This document shows positions 38,117 to 50,995 of a DNA stretch of 64,000 nucleotides, one piece after another. The position numbers and the translations under genes were made by a program. The stretch lies in the NCBI RefSeq assembly GCF_018350175.1, contig NC_058368.1:213468001-213532000 (forward strand), written 5' to 3'. Source of the DNA: Felis catus (Eukaryota). The notes under the pieces were generated by a model that had not been told where the DNA came from, made no database searches, and saw only the letters and a program-made list of their open reading frames with translations. Numbering within the stretch: the first letter of the stretch is position 1; every line of letters begins with the position of its first letter.

Positions 38117-38327
38117 GATGGGTTGGCAAACTGCTGCCAGGGGGCCAAATCTGGCTCAACATCTATTTTCGTAAAGTTTTATTGGAACACAGTCATGCCC
38201 ATTAGTTCACTTATTCCCTATGACCACTTCTGCACTACTAAGGCAGAGATGAACCAGTGTAACAGAGACTGTTTGGCCAGCAAAGCCTCAAATGTTTATG
38301 ATCTGGCCTTTGTAACTGCTGACCTCT
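38117..38327. mobile_element. MER58A-like hAT relic
   Basis: ggttggcaaact...ggccaaatctggc...aaagttttattggaacacagtcatgccc...tgctgacctct. Confidence 0.75.
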
Positions 38328-38578
38328 CAACTGTAGGAATAGTTCAGACCCTATGAACCTCCTACCTCCCCACCTCTACCCCTATCCAAAGTCACTGTGA
38401 ACAAACTTGAGAAGTTTTAGGAAGCATAACTTAGTAAGTTGAAGCAAAGGTACAGACAAGTAGAGACCTCTTAAGGAAGCTGCTACTGGAGACAAGGCTT
38501 ATTGGTCTACCATGGTATTTCCTCTAAAAATATCTTTAGCATCCACACTTTATGATTTTACCTTTAAATTTCATTTTA

Positions 38579-38813
38579 TTTTTATTTATTTAATTAAAAT
38601 TTTTTTTCAACGTTTTTTATTTATTTTTGGGACAGAGAGAGACAGAGCATGAACGGGGGAGGGGCAGAGAGAGAGGGAGACACAGAATCGGAAACAGGCT
38701 CCAGGCTCCGAGCCATCAGCCCAGAGCCTGACGCGGGGCTCGAACTCACGGACCGCGAGATTGTGACCTGGCTGAAGTCAGACGCTTAACCGACTGCGCC
38801 ACCCAGGCGCCCC
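38579..38813 (-). mobile_element. Young CAN-SINE (SINEC_Fc-like)
   Basis: CpG-rich; perfect 14-bp TSD taaatttcatttta. Confidence 0.93.
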
Positions 38814-39275
38814 TAAATTTCATTTTAAAATGACACTGGTAAGAAACTCATATGAAGTAACAAGGATTCTCTTTTTAAAATGCACACTGTTTGCTCAGTG
38901 ACCTAGAATTACTGGCCACCATTTAGACTGGTTTAATTAGATTGCTTTATTCACAAACATACTGCTTGGAAGAAACGGAAAAGATTTTGTTTGTTGGGTG
39001 GTCTGTTTTGTTATCGATGTTAGTAGTGAAAGGGGGGAAATGACTTGGAGAAGAAGGAAGGACGGACTTCTTAGGAGCCTGGAGTCTCGCAGGAATTGGG
39101 GGGTGACTGCGGGGACCCTCAGGAGGGGAGTTTAGAGCAGTATGAGGACACTGGGCTTCAGGAAACCTGTGAAGAGAGGAACTAGCAAGTAAGGAGGAAC
39201 AGATGACATCAAGTCGGAGGTTTCAAAGGTCAACTAAATCCTATTGAAACTATTGCTTAGGATTGGCCCTGCCTT

Positions 39276-39277
<2 letters not shown>

Positions 39278-39317
<40 letters not shown>
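39278..39317. repeat. (CA)n microsatellite, about 20 units
   Basis: Read directly. Confidence 0.95.
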
Positions 39318-39321
<4 letters not shown>

Positions 39322-39625
39322 GTGGGGAGGAAATCCTTTTCATCCATCTTTTCTACCACCAAGAAGGCCCTGCCCGCAGAACCCAGCACTCTGTTTGGTG
39401 GGCTGGGCCTGCTCCTCTCCTCCCCTGACCAGTCAGTCACACTGCTTCCTGCCTTCCCATCTTTATGGCCACCTTTCCTGCCACACAGGCTCTGGTCACT
39501 TCCCAGTGGGACTATAGCGAAGGCCTCCATTCCTGTCTCTGCACTCCACTGCCCCTGCCCTGCTTTTATTCAGTCCAGCTGTTTCTCTATCTCACCACTA
39601 AAGTAACCTTAGAACACATACTCTG

Positions 39626-41817
39626 GGAGGAAAGTTCTCAGTTTTTCCCCTTGAGGATTGAATTTCCCCCTAAAGTCAGGAACATGACAAGGATGTCCAC
39701 TTTCACCACTGTTATTCAACACAGTATTAGAAGTCCTAGCCTCAGCCATCAGACAACTCAAAGGAATAAAAGGCATCCAAATCAGCAAGGAGGAAGTCAA
39801 ACTTTCACTCTTTGCAGATGACAGATACTCTATATGGAAAACCCAAAAGATTCCACCAAAAAACTGCTAGAATTGATCCATGAATTCAGCAAAGTCATAA
39901 GATATAAAATCAATGCACAGAAATCGGTTGCATTTCCATACACCAATAATGAAGCAACAGAAAGAGAAATCAAGGAATCGATCCCATTTACAATTGCACC
40001 AAAACCCATAAAATACCTAAGAATAAATCTAACCAAAGAGGTGAAAAGCTATATACTGAAAACCACAGAAAGCTTATGAAAGAAATCAAAAAAGACACAC
40101 ACAAAAAAAGGAAAAATATTCCATGCTCATGGATTGGAAGAATATTGTTAAAATGTCAATACTACCCAAAGCAATCTGCATATTTAACGCAATCCCTATC
40201 AAAATATCACCAGCATTCTTCACAGAGCTAGAATAAACAATCCTAAAATTTGTATGGAGCCACAAAAGACCCTGAATAGCCAAAGCAATCCTGAAAAAGA
40301 AAACCAAAGCTGGAGGCATCACAATCCCGAACTTCAGGATGTATTACAAAGCTGTAATCATCAAGACAGCATGGTACTAGCACAAAAACAGACACTTAGA
40401 TCAATGGAACAGAATAGAGAACCCAGAAATGGACCCACAAATGGATGGCCAACTAATCTTTGACAAAGCAGGAACAAATATCCAATGGAATAAAGACACT
40501 CTTTTCAGCAAATGGTGCTGGGAAAACTGGACAGCGACATGCAGAAGAATGAACATGGACCACTTTCTTACACAATACACAAATATAAACTCAAAATGGA
40601 TGAAAGACCTAAATGTGAGACAGGAAGCCATCAAACTCCTAGAGGAGAAAGCAGGCAAAAACCTCTTTGACCTCAGCCACAGCAACTTCTTACTTAACAC
40701 ATCTCTGGAGGCAAGGGAAACAAAAGCAAAAATGAACTACTGGGATCTCATCAAGATAATAAGCGAAGGAAACAATTTGCAAAACTAAAGGCAACTGATG
40801 GGATGGGAGAAGATATTTGCAAATGACATCCCATAAAGGGTTGGTATCCAAAATCTATAAAGAACTTATCAAACTCAACACCCAAAAAACAAATAATCCA
40901 GCGAAGAAATGGACAAAAAGCATGAATAGACACTTTTCCAAAGAAGACATCCAGATGGTTAACATGAAAAAATGCTCAACATGACTCATCATCAGGGAAA
41001 TACAAATTAAAACCACAATGAGATACCAGTTCACACCAGTCAGAATGGCTAAAATTAACAACTCAGGCAACAACAGATGTGGGCGAGGATGCGGAGAAAG
41101 GGGAACTCTTTTGCACCACTGGTGGGAATGCAAACTGGTGCAGCCACTCTGGAAATCAGTATGGAGGTTCCTCAGAAAATTAAAAATAGAACTACCCTAC
41201 GACCCAGCAACAGCACTACGAGGTATTTATCCAAGGGATACAGATATGCTGTTTCAAAGGGGCACATGCACCCCAATGTTTATAGTATCACTATCAACAA
41301 TGGCCAAAGTATGGAAAGAGCCTAAATGTCCATCAACAGATGAATGGATAAAGAAGAAGTGGTATACACACACATATACACACAATGGAGTATTACTCAG
41401 CAATCAAAAAGAATGAAATCTTGCCATTTTGCAACTATATGGATGGAATCAGAGGGTATTGTGCTAAGCGAAATTAGTCAGAGAAAGACAAATATATGAC
41501 CTCACTCATATGTGGAATTTAAGATACAAAACAAATGAACATAGGAGAAGAGAAGCAAAAATAATATAAAAACAGGGAGGGGAACAAAACATAAGAGACT
41601 CTTAAATATAGAGAACAAACTATAGGTTGCTGGAGGGGTTGTGGGCAGGGGGATGGGCTAAGTGGGCGAGGGGCATTAAAGGAAGACACCTGCTGGGATG
41701 AGCACTGGGTATTATACATAGGGGATGAATCACTGGATTCTACTCTTGAAATATTATTGTACTATATGCTAACTAACTTGGATGTAAACTAAAATAAATA
41801 AATGAATTTTTTAAAAA
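39626..41817 (+). mobile_element. 5'-truncated carnivore L1 (ORF2 3' part and 3'UTR) with short 5' inversion
   Basis: Decayed ORF2 fragments ([34 protein letters not shown]), A-rich tail, 15-bp TSD agaac(a)(c/a)atactctg at 39611-39625 and 41818-41832. Confidence 0.93.
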
Positions 41818-42596
41818 AGAACAAATACTCTGACTCATTCAACTTGAAAACCATCATTGAGTAGAGTAGTTGTTAAGTCAAATTCCTTAGTCTGGAGCTA
41901 AAAGCACAGGCTGAACATCTGTGCTTTTTTTTTTTTTTATTTGTTGATCCTTGAATAGGCTGTAAAATTTCCTATTTGAGGACCACTGTGCATGTTGCTT
42001 TTCTGTCCTAAAAGGTTACCTACTTCTGCGGGTGTTCCTATGGAAAAATCCATGGATTAGTCAAACACCACCCCATCCATTGAGCCCTCCCAGATTCCTG
42101 GAAGGAACGGGTCAATATGGGATATGGTTCCTAGGAATATATTATGTGGAAGAGGGGAATATGAAAAGTATAGAAATAACCGTAATTCATTACAGAATAT
42201 AAGAAGTCCTGTTAAGAGAGGAAGACTGTGTCTGTTATCCCTTTGTATCTCCCAGAGTGCCCAGAACAGCCCTCAGCATATGGATGGCAGCATCAGGCTG
42301 GCTATAGTTGAGCATGGGCTCCTACCAGGGCCTGGTTGTGGGCATTCGGCAGGGCCACATTACCAACCTCTGAGGTTGTACTGGTCTCAGTGGGAAGAAG
42401 GTCAGGAAGAATTACAGCTTTGATGCTGAGGAGAAGGTGTGTGTGTATGACATGCAGGCTACCTGTCTGTCTCTACTAGCTCAAAAGATAATTCCACAAA
42501 TAGCTATTAAGTAAATATGTCTGCTGCTAGAGGAAATAAATTTGAATATCGAAACAACAGCTTAACCAAAAAATTGTTGAAAAAAATCCATCCCAG

Positions 42597-42660
42597 TTTT
42601 ATTTTTTATTAAGTTTATTTACTTATTTTTAGAGAGAGACAGAAAGTACAAGTCAGGGAG

Positions 42661-42698
<38 letters not shown>

Positions 42699-42999
42699 TC
42701 CCAAGCAGCCTCTGAACTGTGAGCACAGAGCCTGATGTGGGGCTCAAGCCCACAAATCATGAGATCATGACCTGAGCTGAAGTTGGATGCTTAACTCACT
42801 GAGCCACCCAGGGACCCCTAACCCATTTTAAATCAGGAGGGGTCTTTCTGATTAAGTACTACGATGTGAGAAACAGAAAAATGAAACTGGCAATCAGAGA
42901 AAACAGACATAACAGAGGCTGGTCCTACTTAAAAAGTCTCTTTGAAAGATAAGGGGCTTCAGAATCTTTTTTTTTTTTTTTTAATGTCTATTCATTTTT

Positions 43000-43065
<66 letters not shown>

Positions 43066-43493
43066 AGGGGAGGGACAGAGAGAGAGGGAGACACAGAATC
43101 CAAAGCAGGCTGCAGGCTCTGAGCTGTCAGCATAGAGCCTGATGTGGGGCTTGAACCCACAAACTGTGAGATCATGACCTGTGCCGAAGTTGATTGTTCA
43201 AGTGACCTGAGACACCCAGGCACCCCAAGGGGCTCAGAATCTTCATAGTCAGAGGTAGAAGGAAGGATATTTCTTTTTTTTTTCCAACGTTTATTTATTT
43301 ATTTTTTTGGGACAGAGAGAGACAGAGCATGAACGGGGGAGGGGCAGAGAGAGAGGGAGACACAGAATCGGAAACAGGTTCCAGGCTCTGAGCCATCAGC
43401 CCAGAGCCTGACGCGGGGCTCGAACTCCCGTACCGCGAGATCGTGACCTGGCTGAAGTCGGACGCTTAACCAACTGCGCCACCCAGGCGCCCC
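42597..43493 (-). mobile_element. Cluster of three same-orientation CAN-SINEs (42597-42818, 42967-43226, 43274-43493)
   Basis: Three reverse heads; the last has perfect TSD aggaaggatatttc. Confidence 0.92.
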
Positions 43494-44609
43494 AGGAAGG
43501 ATATTTCAAGTGAAGGAATAAAAGCAAGAACAGAAGGGAGAGGCTTGGTTTTCTTTTTCTGCAAATGTCATTTACTGAGATCCCTCAGTCCTACGTAAAA
43601 AGCTTACCAAGCAAAAACAAGCAAACAAACAGCAAACAAAAAGCTAGGCAAGCAAACAACATTAACAATAGGGGTGAGGAGAACGCTATTAATTTTAAAC
43701 AACCCCATTTCTTTGAGAAATGTCTGCCCTGGTTTCCACAGGGGAATTTCTGACCTCTTATATTTTGCTCTGTTTTTATTTCCAGGCTCTGGACTACTGT
43801 TTTGCATAAGATGTGGTGAAAAAGAGAAAAAAACACCCAAAACCCTCGAAATCTTCCAATGCTCACAGAGTCATCAGGCGAGGTGTTTTTTCCCAGCACA
43901 CACTGCCTATTTGTCTCACTCATCTATGCACTGTCAAAGTGGTTTTGTCATTTTCCTAAAAAAACCAACACAATAACTGGAATTGAAACTAAGTGGGGGA
44001 TATCCTGTTTCTCTTAAGAGAGTAAGAATCTGACTGTATCAGCACTATCTCCATTTACAGTCTCAAAAGACACATCCATCTCAAGGATTTCTGTTACCTT
44101 AAAGGCTTAGTGAAGCTCATAAACAAATAAGATAGATTTCCGAAGATACATGGTGCACACACGAGTCACATTATCCCCTTCTGCCTCCTGTGCAACTGCC
44201 ATCATATTGTCTAGGGCAGAAAAAGTTTTATTCAGTTTCATTTCTGAACTGCCACTGTCCTCAAGTCTTAATATATTCTACTTTACATTTCAATGTGAGG
44301 ATCACAGATTTAATCTCCCAAAGGACAGACAGAACTAGATTGGTGGGGGTGATCTTTATAAGAGGTAAATTCATAACAGGGGTCAGGGCTGAAAGGCATA
44401 TTGGAATACGATAATGGAGTACATAAAGACAGCAACCAACTTACCTGAAGTCATAAAGTTGCTTCATGACTTCTATGGTGTTATTTTCATAAAAGAAATT
44501 AATTTGAGGGCAAAGAAATATTATTACATGTTCTGGTGGTCCATATTTTATTTTCACTGAAATTTGAAGGAACTTTTCAAATCCAAAATATGAAAATAGG
44601 GTTGACTGC

Positions 44610-45270
44610 TCTTGCACTGTTGGTGGGAATGCAAATTGGTGCAGCCACTCTGGAAAACAGTGTGGAGGTTCCTCAGAAAATTAAAAATAGACCTACCCTA
44701 TGACCTAGCAATAGCACTGCTAGGAATTTACCCAAGGGATACAGGAGTACTGATGCATAGGGGCACTTGTACCCCAATGTTTATAGCAGCACTCTCAACA
44801 ATAGCCAAATCGTGGAAAGAGCATAAATGTCCATCAACTGATGAATGGATAAAGAAATTGTGGTTTATATACCCAATGGAATACTACGTGGCAATGAGAA
44901 AGAATGAAATATGGCCTTTTGTAGCAACGTGGATGGAACTGGAGAGTGTGATGCTAAGTGAAATAAGCCATACAGAGAAAGACAGATACCATATGTTTTC
45001 ACTCTTATGTGGATCCTGAGAAACTTAACAGAAACCCATGGGGGAGGGGAAGGAAAAAAAAAAAAAGAGGTTAGAGTGGGAGAGAGCCAAAGCATAAGAC
45101 ACTCTTAAAAACTGAGAACAAACTGAGGGTTGATGGGGGGTGGGAGGGAGGGGAGGGTGGGTGATGGGTATTGAGGAGGGCACCTTTTGGGATGAGCACT
45201 GGGTGTTGTATGGAAACCATTTTGACAATAAATTTCATATATTGAAAAAAAAATTAAAAAAAAAAAAAAA
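44610..45270 (+). mobile_element. Young 5'-truncated felid L1 3' end
   Basis: Intact ORF2 C-terminus ([20 protein letters not shown]...MFSLLCGS*), polyA tail, perfect 18-bp TSD gaaaatagggttgactgc. Confidence 0.95.
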
Positions 45271-46521
45271 GAAAATAGGGTTGACTGCACACTATGGGGA
45301 TTCCTTTGGCTGATTTCACCGTGTTCCATGCTGTCATGTCAACCTTTGTAGATGGTGTAACCACCAGGCCCTCCTAACATAGATTCACAAGTTATAACCC
45401 CATGCTACTGTACTAACGTATGTATACACTGTGAAACATAAAAGAATCTAAAATGAAATAAAATCTATACAGGTTCTAATACTTCCCTCGCACATGCCAA
45501 GGGACTGTCTGGCATCCCCCGACTGGGTATGTTCACCCCACTTTGGAGACCACTGTGCTGAGACTGGAGAACACAGTATTTGCCTTTTTTATGCAAATCA
45601 CTCGAGTTGTTTACTTCCTTGAGAAATGCAAACTGCTCATTTAAAAGTGCAGCAGAGAGCCAGGTAACGAGTTGGAACAAGCCCCAGAAAATGTGCCACG
45701 GGAATAAACCTAATGCAAACTCCAGCAGTTTTCTGGGCAATTTATCCAGGCCAAATAATTATTCTTATCTTATTTCCCCCCCACCCATTTAAATAATCAC
45801 TTCATCTCCTTAAGTATGAAACCAAACCAAACAAAAACCACCCCCAACTTTAAATCTTATTTTCCTAGACCGGCAGTAATTGCAGCCTTGTATTATCTTG
45901 TTCTGGCAATTCCACACACTGTGCTAAGCCCGCACAGCCTCGTACATACTGCTTAGCTGGCTGGAGCATGGCTTCAGGAGCATCTAAGTGAACGGGGCCC
46001 TGCTTCAGAAAGTCTAGGACACTGAGGGGAAAGAGAAAGTAGTTCACAGTCTGGGACAGTGGAATGGAAAATGTGCAAGTCGGGGAATTGCTACCAGTAT
46101 GCGTCGCTGCCTGCTTTGAGTTGGTGCAGGGAATAAGAGAGCTTTTGCACCCCATGACCATCGCACCACCGGGAACTGGTGTCTGCGAAGGCAACAAGAA
46201 CCACGAGGTACACGCAAGTCTATGCTCACGGAGGATCCAGAGGAGGCTGGGGGAATCTATGTTTCCAAGTTTGCCACAAGCACCTCAAACACATGGCCTC
46301 ACTCCCTCATCTCAAGCTATGGGAAGGAGGGAGGTGGTTGGGGGCCTAAACCTCCCCTTATCTCAAAGCCGTGCACAAAGAGGTCTTGGGCCCTCATCCA
46401 GCCCCTAGCCAGGAGACTCAGGAGCCCTGCCACTTGGTCTCAGGTCCTAGAAACTGCCACATAGCCAACAAAGGGTGTATTCGAAACTGCTGCTTCCTAG
46501 GGCAGTCACCTTTTCTCTAAA

Positions 46522-46660
46522 ATTTGTTTTCAAAATCTGGGTGAGCATCAGAATCACCTGGGAAGCTTCTGAAAATAAACTCCTGGGCCCCACCCCACTC
46601 AGACCAGGCAAATGGGACTCTCCAGCATGGACCCCGATGATCTGATGACCAGCCGAAACC
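46522..46660. mobile_element. MER5-family relic
   Basis: gcatcagaatcacctggg...ctcctgggccccacccc. Confidence 0.55.
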
Positions 46661-48807
46661 ACACCCTCCCTGTGCATTTTAGACCCATGGAAGAGTGTAG
46701 AGCTCCATGTACACACGTGTGTGCTGCAGCACACAGTCGCTCCCCTTGCATAACTGAGAAGGACTGTGAACACCTTTCTGAGCACATTCCTCTTTTCTTT
46801 CCTGGCTTTTTCTTTTCCCTCGTAGCTGCCTTGAGTCATAAACATGACTTGTCCAGAGGACAAGCAGTGCTCAGTAGGCTTCTCTCCCATCACACATTTC
46901 TAGCTTTAAAAAAATACAAGCTTTGGACTAGCTAATCCCCAAAGTTCCCTGTAGCTCTGACACTTTACAGTTTTATTTATCGGAACGCCGTATCTTCGAG
47001 ACTCCTAGTTCCGTGCTTTTTTCCCTCGTGCCTTTTTGACTTGTTTCTTCACTTACATTCCATGTACTAGGTCACCAACTCCCTTGGGGTGTTTAATCTT
47101 TTGTCGTTGCTGTTGATTTGTTAAAAAATCAAGTCCTAAACTCCATTTCTAGCCTGTAGTTTTCAAACCTTCACATAACAACAACAACAACAAAAAGAAA
47201 TCTACTCATTTGTTAGTGAGGAGCTACCATGGATATCCTATTTTAAGGGAAGGTAATGCTGTGTTTTCTCCACGCTATACTTAGAAAAATGATTTCTCTA
47301 TCATCAGTATTCCTATGCCAGGTGGAAACTCCAGAAGGGAGAGACAGATAGACCTTCTAGTTTGCAGACACAAACAATAAGCGCCTACTATGTGCTGTGC
47401 CCATTTTAAATTCATGGAGTGTTGGGGAAGGCAGGCAAGTCAGTGGAAGATGACCAAACATGACAAGGGGGCGTCATCAGCTGTCCCACTGTCCAAACAT
47501 CCTTCCATTCCATACACACATACATACATACTGAGAGTCAGCAGTGAACACTTGGGATACATGAGGGAGCAAACCCGACATGGTCCCTGACTACAGGGGT
47601 CCTCTGCTAATGGGGGAGGATGATGTTAAGCAAGTTGTCATATGAATATATGCGTCACTATGAATTGTTAAGGACCATGAAGAAAAATACAGGGCATATA
47701 ACCTGCTGGGGGCCCAGAAATAAAGGATATGTGTATCTGGGAAGACTTCCTGGAAGAAGCAAGTCCCAAAGTGAGAGAATAAAAAGAGGAAGCCCAGAAA
47801 GAAGGGAAGGCCATTCCTGACCCAGCGAAGTGAGTACATCTCTAAGCAGCTGCTGCCATCGCCATGTACTCAGAGGCATCCTGAGGTTAGTAGCACAGCC
47901 TACTGAGCCCAGAGGAGCAATCTGTCTTAACACCCTTCCTGCCAGCCTTGAGGGAAACATTCACTCCCCTTGCAAAAAGCACAGGGTGCCTTGTGTCAGT
48001 GTCTCTGCATGAACAGTTTTACTTTGTGAGGATCTGATTTTCAGTCCTAAATGAGATCTTTCCGTGTTAGTACTAACTGCAAGTTTATATACTTGGTGCT
48101 CACTGTTCTTTGCATTAGGCTCTAAGTTCGATTCACAGAAAAACAATCTAGCCTAGGCACCAAACAAGACACAATTTCCCGTCTAGGATAGCTTGACTCA
48201 CCCAGAAACTTCCAGATACTTCAATACAAGTCCTCAATGCCCAGACACTCTTGGAAACATTTAAGGGCTGACAGTTTATCAGTTATTCAATAGAAACAAA
48301 ATACAAGAGCTCTTGTCCTTTCTTTTCATACACAGATTAATATCTACCCCCAAGATGCTAACTCTTCTAACTCAGGCTCTCACACCTCATGACTATTCCA
48401 ATAAAGAATCAAACACCAATATCAGACTTACAGAATCGTAAGAGCCAGCTTGGCACTTCTTTCCTTTTGAAAGATGAGGTCCTTTATTCCTTCTTAAACC
48501 CTAATCACCCAAAAGTTCTGCAAGATTTTCCCGAACTGGTGATTCCAAAAATGTTAGAACTGATTCCCTTGATGTCAAAGGAAGCCGGATACAGGCCTGC
48601 TGATTGATGTGCTAAACAAACTCTTCCTAGCTGAGCCTTGACAATTGCAGGTTTGGCAAGACAATCATTACTTCCAGTTTTGTTTTTGTTAAAATATAAA
48701 AAGGGAGAGACAGACTCCCCGTCATTTAAGAGGGATCACCCAGTCCACGCCCTCTTGTATTAAAACTCTCCTTCCTGTCTTCATTTTAAAAGAGATGAGC
48801 CACTCAT

Positions 48808-48988
48808 GGGGTGTTTGGGTGGCTCAGTCAGTGGAGCATCTGAATCTTGATTTCGGCTCAGGCCATGATCCCAGGGTCGTGGGATTGAGCCCTGCATCGG
48901 GCTCCATGCTGAGTGTGGAGCCTGTTTAGGATTCTGTCTCTTTCCCTCTGCCCCTCTCCCTAACTCGTGCTCTCTCTAAAATAAAACT

Positions 48989-49035
<47 letters not shown>
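48808..49035 (+). mobile_element. CAN-SINE with (GA)n-converted tail
   Basis: Head at 48808; TSD gagccactc. Confidence 0.88.
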
Positions 49036-49039
<4 letters not shown>

Positions 49040-49184
49040 CCACTCTCTCCAAAGCCTAGATTTATTTTTCCTGAAAAAAATCTCATTTTTAAAAAGATGG
49101 ACTGTAATTATTTACACTTGAGAAAGGACACAAGCTTTCTGGAATAGCCAATAATAAAGCAGTCATTTTATTGGAGGGCTCTAA

Positions 49185-49368
49185 AGGTCTCACACGTTAG
49201 CCTGTGTCCAAATTACCTAGAAAGCTTGTTAAAAAACACTGCTGGATACCACCCTCAGAGTTTCTGATTCAGCAGGTTGAGGGTGGGCCCTGAGGATCTG
49301 TGGTTCTAACAAGTTTCCAGGTGATGCTGTTGCTGCTGGTCCAGGGACCACATTCTGAGAACCACTGC
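49185..49368. mobile_element. MER5A-like hAT relic
   Basis: cagagtttctgattcagcagg...ttctaacaagtttccaggtgatgctg...gggaccacattctgagaaccactg. Confidence 0.8.
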
Positions 49369-49481
49369 TCTAGAGACAGCTTTATGATCAAGAAGTGTGT
49401 ACTGAGTAAGTACTTAATACAAGGTACTCCAATGGGTACTGGGAGCCCAAAGAGATAAGCAGCAAGTAAATAGAGAACAGC

Positions 49482-49590
49482 GGGAGGGGAGGGTGGGTGA
49501 GGGGTATTGAGGACGGCACCTGTTGGGATGAGCACTGGGTGTTGTATGGAAACCAATTTGACAATAAATTTCAAACAAACAAACAAACAA
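49482..49590 (+). mobile_element. Very short L1 3'-terminal fragment with (AAAC)n tail
   Basis: Near-identical to 45143-45237 (ggatgagcactgggtgttgtatggaaacc...gacaataaatttca); aacagc on both flanks. Confidence 0.88.
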
Positions 49591-50588
49591 ACAGCAGATG
49601 CTAAATGCCCAGGGAGCAGTGATCAGCATGTTTGGGAGAGAGAGCAATGATGTTAGATGCTGCAAGCCAAGGGCGGCCTTGGAGATAACTCTCTGACTTG
49701 AGAGGTCCTTGAGAGCAAGGCTAGTGCCTAGATAAGCAGAGATGAAGGCACACGTGTAATGCCTCAAAGCAAAACATCTCAATTCCTATCAACACCGACT
49801 CTCCTTGCTATGGGAAGGTCACCATGCAGAACAGGAATTGTGGCTCATGTCCTCCACAGGCCTGCGCACTCAGCTGCACTATGCCATGAGGGTTCCAAGT
49901 GTGCAAAACCTGCAATGAGTAGAGCCTCCTGCAACTGGCCACAAAGACCAGAAGAGAATTACTCTTCCTGATTCTATCAGCAGCAAGGCCAGATCTGGCA
50001 GCACTGTGATGCCCCACAGGGCGACGTCCTCAATGGTGGAAGAGACAGGGGCCAATTCCTCTGAAGAGTAGATGGAGAAGGACCCAGGCAGGGCATGTGT
50101 TGGGGGCGAGAGGAATGAAGCACAAGAGTCAGAAGCTTGTGGACCCAGGATATAAGAGGACGAGGTGAGCACTGAGGGGCAGATCAGAAGTGGTCAAGGA
50201 ATGACAAGAGATCACAGGAGAATCCTTTCCAACCCCCTCAAAGATCTCAGGCATGCTACTGTCCCAGGGGAACAGAGATGCTTACAGCACCACGGTCTTT
50301 GCCCTTGAAATGGTCCTGTCTAATGAGGAAGACAGAAGAATAGAAAGATAAATTATGAAAACAAGACGGGCTTATATGTCATAGCACTATGACAGAAATC
50401 CATTCATAGTGCTGTGCAAGTGCAGAGCACAGACCAAGTAACTCTGGGAGGTCAGGAAAGGTTTACTTATGGGGAGAGGTGACATTTGGGCTGGGTTTAC
50501 AAGTATCTTCCAAGTAAAAAGAACAGGTGTAAGGCATAAAGTAGTGGAGAGCTCTGGAGCACCTGTGGAATGTGGGGCTTGCAGTGCT

Positions 50589-50610
50589 GGGAGGGAGGGA
50601 GGGAGGGAGG

Positions 50611-50697
<87 letters not shown>

Positions 50698-50710
50698 TGT
50701 CTGTCTGTCT
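50589..50710. repeat. Compound microsatellite (GGGA)6(GT)42(CTGT)n
   Basis: Read directly; pure GT at 50613-50696. Confidence 0.97.
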
Positions 50711-50791
50711 GCCGGGCGCTAATGGCATTCCATATTAAGGAGTTGGGATTTTAACCTCAGACTGAGAGTCACCGAATGATTTTTTTAAATG

Positions 50792-50995
50792 TTTTTTTCT
50801 TTTTTTGAGAGAGAGAGAGACAGACAGAGTGTGAGTTGGGGAGGAGCAGAGAGAGAGGGAGACACAGGATCTGAAGCAGGCTCCAGGCTCTGAGCTGTCA
50901 GCACAGAGCCCAACACGGGGCCTGAACTCACGAACTGTGAGATATGACCTGAGCCAAAGTCAGATGCTTAACCGACTGAGCCACCCAGGTGCCCC
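50792..50995 (-). mobile_element. CAN-SINE nested in L2-like DNA
   Basis: TSD gagtcac(c/t)gaatgattt. Confidence 0.92.

Noticed and set aside
39834..41416. Reverse-transcriptase-like ORFs as a functional gene
   Set aside because: Fragmented L1 ORF2 with stops and frameshifts, 5' truncated.
50387..50754. His-Thr and Cys-Val repeat proteins
   Set aside because: Translations of the (GT)n microsatellite.
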